From Bacteroidota bacterium (GTDB lineage Bacteria; Bacteroidota; Bacteroidia; Bacteroidales; UBA4417), in NCBI GenBank assembly GCA_037128115.1, contig JBAXXB010000002.1, positions 1 through 55,087 of the forward strand: a stretch of DNA of 55,087 bases, read 5' to 3'. Position numbers and translations under genes: made by a program. Within the stretch, counting starts at the first letter, position 1. Each line of letters opens with the position of its first letter. Shown in pieces: positions 35,422-42,908 of the stretch. The notes below the pieces were generated by a model. It saw only the letters and a program-made list of their open reading frames with translations, was not told the origin of the DNA and made no database searches.

Positions 35422-38328
35422 TTAGAAACCAATGTTTAAACCCACCAGTATGGTACGCGATTGGGGATACGTAAAGAAGTCGGTGCCCATGACAACATTA
35501 TCGGTGCTGGCATAATTAACTTCAGGGTCCATGCCGGAATAAGACGTGAATGTGTATATGTTTTGGCCCGAAACATAAATCCTGGCTGATTTCAACCAAA
35601 GCGTTTTTAACAATTCTTTTGGGAGAGTATACCCCAAAGTAGCGTTCTTGATACGCAGGAAAGAGCCATTCTCAATAAATCTTGAGGATTTCAACCCATC
35701 ACCTATATTCGGAATGTCGGTTACATCACCAGGTTTGAGCCAGCGGCGTAAGCTGTTTGTTGTCTGCTGGTCCAGATCTGTTGGTCCCTCAATATATATG
35801 CGTGTGCCGTTAAATACATCGTTCCCATAAATGGAATGCAGGAAAAACGAAAAATCAAATCCTTTGAATCCGAACGTATTGGTTAACCCGAGTGTAAAAT
35901 CAGGATTTGGATTGCCAATAATAGTCCTGTCGGCAGTTGTAATTGACCCGCTGTGGTCTAAATCTTCATAAACCTCTTTCCCGGTAGTAGGGTCAACGCC
36001 TAGGAATTTGTACCCTACAAATACGCCTATGGGTTCGCCTTCCATTACCCAGTTATTTCCACGTCCCTGGTCTGTGATGGGCTGACCATTATACATCTTT
36101 GTCACTTTATTTCGGTTAGCCGAAAAATTGAAGGATGTGGTCCAGGTGAATTCGCCTTTGATATTTTCAGTGTTCAGAACAAATTCTACACCCTTATTTT
36201 CCATATCCCCAATATTGGCAGTTATGGTGCTGAATCCGGAAGATTCCGGAATGGGTCTGTCAAGGAGAAGATCACTGGTAGTATTAAAATAAACATCGGC
36301 TACCAGGCTTATGCGGTCCTTAAGCAATCCGAGATCAAAACCAAGGCCGATCTGACGTGTGCTTTCCCATTTCAGGTTTGGGTTAGGCAGTTGAGTAGGG
36401 GCAATACCCGATTGCTGGTTATAGTTGTACCCACCTTTATAAAGTCCCAGGGATGCAAAATCTCCTATACCGTCGTTACCGGTCAAACCTATGCTAGTCC
36501 TTAGTTTAAGATCACTGATAGCCGTCAGGTTCTTCATGAAGGGCTCTTCGGTAAGCCTCCAGGCAACGGAAGCTGCGGGGAAATAGCCAAAGCGGTTGTT
36601 GACACCGAATTTTGACGATCCATCAGCGCGTGCCGTTAGCGTGAAGATATATTTATACATATAATTGTACTTGAACTGACCGAAATATGAGGTCATTCCC
36701 CTGTCGAGTGCGCTTGCACTTGCTGCCCTGATTGTGCCGGCCGACGTGATATATTGAAAATCCTCGTTTGGAAAATCGGTTGCTTCAATGTACGTAGTTC
36801 TCCTGGCGTATTTTTCGAAGCTGATTCCTGCCAGGGCTTCGAAATTGTGAACTTTGTTTACTGTTTTGATATACTGAAGCACATTACTTCCAATCAGGTT
36901 ACTCACATAACTGGTGCCTTCAATTCCCAATCCGTTGTATTTTTTTCCCTGGGCTGTCGTAATGGGATCATTTTCATGTTCGCGGAGGTTATAAATATCA
37001 GCACTCCATTTGCTGTTGAATGTAAACCCATCCAGGAATTTGTAATCGAGATAGATATTCCCGTTGTTGCGATTGGTATACGCTACATTTTTAGTTTCGT
37101 TAATTATCGCAACCGGGTTAGCATAAGGACCATCTTCGTTGTAGGATCCGTCAGCATTGTAAACGGGGTAGATAGCCGGTATCGACAGTGCGTTAGGAAG
37201 CGGGCCGTAAAGGGTCTGGTCGCCCTCAACCCGGTAGTTAACAGAGTATGTCATCGAAACACCTGCGCCTATGGTCAGGTCGGTCAACAGCTTATGATCC
37301 ACGTTGATGCGACCGCTATAACGGTTGAATGATGTGGATTTTACGGTGCCATCCTGGCTGTACAGGTTACCCGAGATAAACAGGCGTGTCTTATCATTTC
37401 CACTGCTCATCGAAAGTTCGGTATTTGTAGTAGGAGCCACCTGCAGGATTTCCTTCATCCAGTCGGTATCAGCACCCTGTATGTCAGTTCCTTTAAACTG
37501 GTTATATTCAGCGGCATTCATCAGTTTTGGCAGTCGTTCTTTCGGCATGGTCTGCCAGCCATAGGATGTACTGAGGTTAACACTGGTCTTTTGTGCGTTA
37601 CCTTTTTTGGTAGTGATGAGTATAACGCCGTTCGATGCGCGGGCACCGTATATTGCTGTTGCCGAAGCATCTTTAAGAATAGTAAATGATTCAATATCAT
37701 TAGGATTCAGGTCCGACATGGCATCAATCGTCTGCCCGCTGTACCCTATTTGCCCAAAGCTACCTGTGATGGTTGGAACCCCGTCGATGACAATCAGCGG
37801 TGAATTGCTGGCTTTAATGGAGCTGCCTCCTCTCATTTTAATAGAGTTCTGCCCCCCGGGCGTACCCGAATTCTGGACGATGGATACACCGGCAGCCTTC
37901 CCCTGAAGCACGCCTTCAATGGTCCGCATAGGGATGTTTTTTAATTCACTCTCGTTCACCGTTCCTACCGATCCTGAGATTAGCTTCTTACTGGAGGTGC
38001 TGTAGCCCATGACTACAACTTCACCCAGATCGACACGTTGCTCATCCATCTGGATGTCAATCTGCCTGCGTCCATTTACAGGAATTTCCTGCGATTTCAT
38101 TCCAATATAAGTGAACAACAAGTTTGCATTGGCAGATGCCTCGAGTTTAAACATACCATTCATATCGGTAATTGAACCTTTTTGAGAGCCTTTCACCTGG
38201 ACCGTGACCCCGGGAATAGGCGTTTTATCAGTTGCTGAAGTAACCGTTCCGCTAACCGGAATGGTTTGTGCCCACAGCGAACTGACAAAAAAGGTAAACA
38301 GCAGTAATAAAAAGTAAGTTTTTCGCAT
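35422..38328 (-). CDS. SusC/RagA family TonB-dependent outer-membrane transporter
   Basis: Signal peptide, CarboxypepD_reg-like N-domain (VSGTVTSATDKTPIPGVTVQVKGS), plug (SIKMRGGSSI, PLIVIDGVP), long barrel and a terminal LVGLNIGF. Confidence 0.93.
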   Translation of the reverse strand: MRKTYFLLLLFTFFVSSLWAQTIPVSGTVTSATDKTPIPGVTVQVKGSQKGSITDMNGMFKLEASANANLLFTYIGMKSQEIPVNGRRQIDIQMDEQRVDLGEVVVMGYSTSSKKLISGSVGTVNESELKNIPMRTIEGVLQGKAAGVSIVQNSGTPGGQNSIKMRGGSSIKASNSPLIVIDGVPTITGSFGQIGYSGQTIDAMSDLNPNDIESFTILKDASATAIYGARASNGVILITTKKGNAQKTSVNLSTSYGWQTMPKERLPKLMNAAEYNQFKGTDIQGADTDWMKEILQVAPTTNTELSMSSGNDKTRLFISGNLYSQDGTVKSTSFNRYSGRINVDHKLLTDLTIGAGVSMTYSVNYRVEGDQTLYGPLPNALSIPAIYPVYNADGSYNEDGPYANPVAIINETKNVAYTNRNNGNIYLDYKFLDGFTFNSKWSADIYNLREHENDPITTAQGKKYNGLGIEGTSYVSNLIGSNVLQYIKTVNKVHNFEALAGISFEKYARRTTYIEATDFPNEDFQYITSAGTIRAASASALDRGMTSYFGQFKYNYMYKYIFTLTARADGSSKFGVNNRFGYFPAASVAWRLTEEPFMKNLTAISDLKLRTSIGLTGNDGIGDFASLGLYKGGYNYNQQSGIAPTQLPNPNLKWESTRQIGLGFDLGLLKDRISLVADVYFNTTSDLLLDRPIPESSGFSTITANIGDMENKGVEFVLNTENIKGEFTWTTSFNFSANRNKVTKMYNGQPITDQGRGNNWVMEGEPIGVFVGYKFLGVDPTTGKEVYEDLDHSGSITTADRTIIGNPNPDFTLGLTNTFGFKGFDFSFFLHSIYGNDVFNGTRIYIEGPTDLDQQTTNSLRRWLKPGDVTDIPNIGDGLKSSRFIENGSFLRIKNATLGYTLPKELLKTLWLKSARIYVSGQNIYTFTSYSGMDPEVNYASTDNVVMGTDFFTYPQSRTILVGLNIGF

Positions 38329-38361
38329 AAGAATAGGTGTTTGGTTAATTGAAACTGGTGT

Positions 38362-39636
38362 TTATTTGAGTGGTGTCATTTCTATTTTAACTGGAAGAAT
38401 GTCCATCCTGATGCCAGTAACGGTATACCTGTCGTTCCCTCCGGGTTTGTCGGTATAAAATCCTGTGCTTAACGGTGTTTTGCTCAAGGTAACAAGGAAG
38501 CCTGTATTTTCATTAGTAAAGTTAAGATTCGTAACCTTTTCGACGGCTTTGTTATCCATTAAGTTTACCGTTACCAGGCGAAGAAAGTTGCTGGCGGAAC
38601 CTGAAAACATCCCGGCCTGCCCTGGATTGGCAACGTTGTAATACTCGTGACCTTTTGTGTTCTTCTTTCCTTCGGCGGGAATAATTTTCCCGGTGCCTAT
38701 CTCATACACGTCGCCATCTTCCAGGTAGCTGATCATTACATTATCTATTTTAGGATACTTTTGCAAATAAGAAATTGCAGCACCCGAAGTGTTTACAATG
38801 GTCACCCCTGCTGCTCCGGCAACTTTCAATAGTTTTTGTTTGCCAACATAAATAAGCGCCGTATTTTCGTCAACCCCAAACCCATTGCCCGGGCTTTTCC
38901 TGTCATGCATCATAGCGACAACCAGCCTGGCTAACCTGGCGCGTGTATTGAAGTGCTGATCAACCATTCCAACCGGGAAAAATCCCAGGCCATGGGTGAG
39001 AAGTACCCCATCCCCGTCGGGGAAGTCATCGCCCTTATAATCGGTAATCGCCCCGTTTTTTAAAGCACCCATGCTGTTGCCGGCTCCGATCATGGGTTCA
39101 CTCATGATGGCTGCCCCTGCACTTGTTCCACCTACCACTCCACCCGACCTGAAAACTTCCCAAACGGCTTCGAGCACCGGGGTTTTACTTCCATCAGCTT
39201 TCACAAGGGCTTTCATGGTGCGCAACTGGTCGCCTCCACTGAACCAGACACACGAACTTTTCCTTACCGTTTCTGCCAACTTGAGGTCGTTCCCGTTATT
39301 GCTCCAGGTTGATTCATCTAAGTCAATAGTACTGTCATCATCGGCCATGGCGATGGGGATGAGGTGAATATTTTCGGGTTTTACGCCATAGGAAATCAAT
39401 TCCTTTCTGAAATATATATATGCCTGAGTTGCTACACCACTGGCTGAGGGGATTACTGAAAATATTGCTTTTTCAGGGCCCCCTGATAATTCAATCAATT
39501 GATTGAAAACACTTTTGTTATCCGATTCAAGGCCACCACCGACAATCACAAGGCTACCCTGTGGGAGGTCCTGGCTGAATGCAGCCCGTGAGAAAAATAC
39601 CAGGCAAAGAATAATTGTTGTTTTTAATCTGTTCAT
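38362..39636 (-). CDS. Cyanophycinase-like peptidase S51, periplasmic/secreted (no T9SS CTD)
   Basis: Signal peptide MNRLKTTIILCLVFFSRAAFSQ (ATG at 39636). LVIVGGG, nucleophile elbow VVGGTSAGAAIMSE and MVDQHFNTRARLARL closely follow the cyanophycinase CphB/CphE pattern. Confidence 0.8.
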   Translation of the reverse strand: MNRLKTTIILCLVFFSRAAFSQDLPQGSLVIVGGGLESDNKSVFNQLIELSGGPEKAIFSVIPSASGVATQAYIYFRKELISYGVKPENIHLIPIAMADDDSTIDLDESTWSNNGNDLKLAETVRKSSCVWFSGGDQLRTMKALVKADGSKTPVLEAVWEVFRSGGVVGGTSAGAAIMSEPMIGAGNSMGALKNGAITDYKGDDFPDGDGVLLTHGLGFFPVGMVDQHFNTRARLARLVVAMMHDRKSPGNGFGVDENTALIYVGKQKLLKVAGAAGVTIVNTSGAAISYLQKYPKIDNVMISYLEDGDVYEIGTGKIIPAEGKKNTKGHEYYNVANPGQAGMFSGSASNFLRLVTVNLMDNKAVEKVTNLNFTNENTGFLVTLSKTPLSTGFYTDKPGGNDRYTVTGIRMDILPVKIEMTPLK

Positions 39637-39658
39637 AGGTTTTAACGCTAGTGATGAG

Positions 39659-39940
39659 TTATTCTTTAACAAACTTAGTGAAATAATGACGATTTGATTC
39701 AGTGCCAGTAGTTTTAAGCAGGTAAAACCCTGGTTTTATGTGTGAAATATCAAGTTGCGTTAATTCATTGTGAGAATAACCGTTAAGAAGGCTGCGCCCG
39801 CTCATTTCACAGATTTCCCATTTGTATGAAGAGGTTTTCATTTTAATATTCAGCCTGTCTTTAGCCGGAATGGGTGAAATTTCCGTCCTTAAGCCTTTCG
39901 CTTCAACCGCCAGACCGGCTGTAGAAACTATGCCCATCAC
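39659..39940 (-). pseudogene. T9SS C-terminal sorting domain, severed from the upstream S51 peptidase ORF by one in-frame TAA
   Basis: Same frame as 39941-41623. The reading is ..IDYTTP-TAA-VMGIVSTAGLAVEAKGLRTEISPIPAKDRLNIKM....LDISHIKPGFYLLK...TKFVKE, a complete CTD with no independent signal peptide. Confidence 0.7.
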
Positions 39941-41623
39941 TTAGGGAGTGGTGTAGTCGATCAGCGATAGCTGTAAATAATCAAAACCAGCAATCATACG
40001 TGGTTTTATGCCGGTGCTCCCGGTACCTGTCTGAGTTGAGAATCCTGACCATGTTCCTTCATTGCTGATCACCATTACCGGGGCTGCTCCAAACCCGGTA
40101 AGGATCGCTTTGCCATCAACAGGTGTAAATTTCATAAAATTATGGTTGGTTAGCCATATGCCGTATTTAAGCGTATCGCGGGCCATGGCATAAGGCAAAG
40201 CCGTAGCTGTATTTTCATACATAACGCTGTTATAGAACGTGTTTGGCATAATTGCACTTTGCGATAGAAGTGACAATCCTTTAGAGAAAACAAGCTCACC
40301 ATACCAGGATGTGTACTCTTGGTAGTAATTATCCACCACGGTTTTACCCGCAAAGCGTGAATCGTCGCCCACAAAAGCCGAAATCATTCCACTGTTATGC
40401 AGCCTGTTACGAAGCAACGCCCCGTTAAAGGTGTCTATAAAAAGGTTAAAGACAGCCACGCTGCCGGATACAAACATGATTTTACGGAAGGAAGTGATTT
40501 TAGATGAAAGTTCAGCATTGGCTCCTGTTTCGGAACTCATAGAAAAAACACTTACTCCGGGCGTCCCCAGCAGCAGAAGTTTGTCCCTGAAGGTAGCGGC
40601 GGTTGTTTCATTCCCGGTAAGTATAAGAATGGAGTCGGAAACCAGGCCGGTACCGCTAACCAGTTCATGAAGCATATCCTGGTTCTCACTGAGCAGGTTG
40701 CTTCCACTGGCCAGGACAGTGTAATTTCCGGTTTCTTCCAATCCGAAAGTATTTAGCGACCTGTCGAGCGTATTGTAAGTGGTTTGTTTCGTGTTTAGGT
40801 CATAGGTACATCCCTGCAACAATTGTTCAATATCAACATGGTGTGCCAGCAATTTGGTTCCGTTGAGCGAATAGGTGCTCCCGGATTTATAAATGTTGGC
40901 ACATCCGGTTCCCCTTACAGTTCCAAGACCATTTTCATCCACTGTCATACAGGTCATATCATCCAAGCCAATACCTGTAATATCAAGACTCTTATTCAAG
41001 CTATAATATGCCAGGAAACCCACTAGCCGCCCAAATCGACCGCGTTCGGCAAAATGCGGATCAAACACATAGCCCGGGGCTAGATTCATAAAATCGTCGG
41101 CCAGTGTAACATAAATATTGTTAGGATTTTCGATTGACTCATATGGATATACAGTTCCGTTTTCGGCTGTATAAACAATTGATGACAGGATGTTCATCCC
41201 GGCGGAGGTACCGCAGATGGTTCCCCCATGGTTATACAGGTAGTTTACTGCATCCTGGAGTTTTGTGTTCCGGTACAAGTTATAATATTCATACTGATCA
41301 CCCCCTCTGAAAAAAATGACCTGGTAAGTTAACAGTGTATCGTATGTAGCCTGGCTATCAGCGCTGTCGTGGCTGGCTATGGCAAACTCTTTTGCAAATG
41401 CGGCGCCGCACTGTTGCTTGAAATATGGAGCAAGGCTGCCGGTAGAAGTTCCGATGATTGCAACCCTTTTCCCTTCACCAGCCCAACGGTAGGCCGGTGT
41501 ACTCCAGCTTGAAATTCCATTTTTCTCAGCACCACCCCCGACCAGTAATAACCGCCCCGGTTGTGAATACGAATTTAGTGCATAAGAAATGAACAGCAGT
41601 AATAATATTTTTATTGGGTTCAT
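39941..41623 (-). CDS. Cyanophycinase-like peptidase S51 with a second, degenerate S51-like domain
   Basis: Signal peptide MNPIKILLLLFISYALNSYSQ. RLLLVGGGAEKNG, GGTICGTSAGMNILSS and VFDPHFAERGRFGRLVGFL. The C-terminal half repeats the same order of blocks with altered catalytic positions. Confidence 0.8.
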   Translation of the reverse strand: MNPIKILLLLFISYALNSYSQPGRLLLVGGGAEKNGISSWSTPAYRWAGEGKRVAIIGTSTGSLAPYFKQQCGAAFAKEFAIASHDSADSQATYDTLLTYQVIFFRGGDQYEYYNLYRNTKLQDAVNYLYNHGGTICGTSAGMNILSSIVYTAENGTVYPYESIENPNNIYVTLADDFMNLAPGYVFDPHFAERGRFGRLVGFLAYYSLNKSLDITGIGLDDMTCMTVDENGLGTVRGTGCANIYKSGSTYSLNGTKLLAHHVDIEQLLQGCTYDLNTKQTTYNTLDRSLNTFGLEETGNYTVLASGSNLLSENQDMLHELVSGTGLVSDSILILTGNETTAATFRDKLLLLGTPGVSVFSMSSETGANAELSSKITSFRKIMFVSGSVAVFNLFIDTFNGALLRNRLHNSGMISAFVGDDSRFAGKTVVDNYYQEYTSWYGELVFSKGLSLLSQSAIMPNTFYNSVMYENTATALPYAMARDTLKYGIWLTNHNFMKFTPVDGKAILTGFGAAPVMVISNEGTWSGFSTQTGTGSTGIKPRMIAGFDYLQLSLIDYTTP

Positions 41624-41680
41624 ATGCCCCTGAATAAAATATGGGAAAAGCGAAATTAATAAAAACAGTGAATAAAAAAA

Positions 41681-41703
41681 TGAATAATTTTAGCGATTAT
41701 TCA
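41681..41703. promoter_or_regulatory. Perfect inverted repeat TGAATAAT-N7-ATTATTCA in the divergent promoter region of the cyanophycinase operon and iadA
   Basis: Arms at 41681-41688 and 41696-41703, ending 16 nt upstream of the iadA ATG. Further TGAATAA-like half sites lie at about 41630 and 41668. Confidence 0.45.
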
Positions 41704-41718
41704 AATAAATTTAGTGTT

Positions 41719-42846
41719 ATGCTAACTCTGTTCAAAAATGCCAATACATATGCTCCGCTCTATATCGGCAAAAAAGATATTTTGGTAGGTGGCAAGTCTA
41801 TTCTGGCTGTGGCCGATCACATTGGTCCTCCTCAAGGTGTTGAAGTTACAATAGTTGACTGTACGGGCCTAAGCCTGGTTCCCGGACTTATCGACGCCCA
41901 CGTTCATATTACCGGTGGCGGCGGCGAAGGTGGCCCAGTCAGCCGAATGCCCGAACTCCAGATCAGCATGATGACCGATGCAGGTGTAACGACTGTAATC
42001 GGATGCCTGGGCACCGATGGCATAACACGCAGCGTGGAAAGCGTGCTCATGAAAGTGAAATCCATACGCGCCCTTGGGATGTCGGCATGGATGTATACCG
42101 GGGCATACCAGGTTCCAACTCCAACTATTACGGGTGATATAATGAGAGATATAACACTTATCGAAGAAGTAATAGGGGTGGGTGAAATTGCTATTTCCGA
42201 CCATCGTTCGTCGGTGCCCACTATAGCCGAGTTGGCCAAATTGACAGGCCATGCGCGGGTAGCAGGAATGATAGGAGGCAAAGCCGGCATTATTAATATG
42301 CATATGGGCGATGCCCACGATCCTTTCAGGCCCTTGCACGATATAGTTGCAAACAGCGAACTGGGTTACAGGCAGTTTATACCGACCCATTGCAACAGAA
42401 ATGATTATATTTTTGAAGATGCAAAGGAATACGGTAAAAAGGGGTATGTTGATATCACCACCAGTTCCTACCCCTATTATGCTGATGAAGAGATTAAACC
42501 ATCGAAGGCTTTGAAACAGCTTCTTGAGAGCGGGGTTCCACTTAAGCATATTACATTTACCTCCGATGCATGCGGTTCCCTCCCGGGATTTGACCCGGAA
42601 ACAGGCAAGTTGATTAAGATGGAAATGGGACTTCCGGACTCGATACTAAGAGAGATAAAGGAAGCTGTTACCGAGGATGGAATTCCACTCGAACAGGCCT
42701 TGCAGGTAGCAACATCCAACCCGGCAGATATATTGAAGCTGACAGGGAAGGGCTATATCAAGGAAGGCTTTGATGCCGATATCCTGATCCTGGACGACGC
42801 TTTTACTATTGTGCACCTGATGGCCAATGGAAAGATGGTGAAATAA
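41719..42846 (+). CDS. iadA: Isoaspartyl (beta-aspartyl) dipeptidase
   Basis: PGLIDAHVHITGGGGEGGPVSRMPE is near-identical in pattern to the E. coli IadA metal-binding N-terminus. Amidohydrolase fold length about 375 aa. No signal peptide when started at ATG 41719 (MLTLFKNANTYAP). Confidence 0.85.
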   Translation: MLTLFKNANTYAPLYIGKKDILVGGKSILAVADHIGPPQGVEVTIVDCTGLSLVPGLIDAHVHITGGGGEGGPVSRMPELQISMMTDAGVTTVIGCLGTDGITRSVESVLMKVKSIRALGMSAWMYTGAYQVPTPTITGDIMRDITLIEEVIGVGEIAISDHRSSVPTIAELAKLTGHARVAGMIGGKAGIINMHMGDAHDPFRPLHDIVANSELGYRQFIPTHCNRNDYIFEDAKEYGKKGYVDITTSSYPYYADEEIKPSKALKQLLESGVPLKHITFTSDACGSLPGFDPETGKLIKMEMGLPDSILREIKEAVTEDGIPLEQALQVATSNPADILKLTGKGYIKEGFDADILILDDAFTIVHLMANGKMVK

Positions 42847-42908
42847 GGTTCGCTACAAATAACTATTTGAAACCATCCACTAATATATTCACTTTATTTA
42901 CTCTTCGA

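Noticed and set aside
39941-39943. TAA reassigned as a sense codon, as an explanation for the in-frame stop.
   Set aside because: TAA terminates many well-delimited genes in this same window, with motif-complete C-termini and terminators following. A global recoding is therefore not supported.
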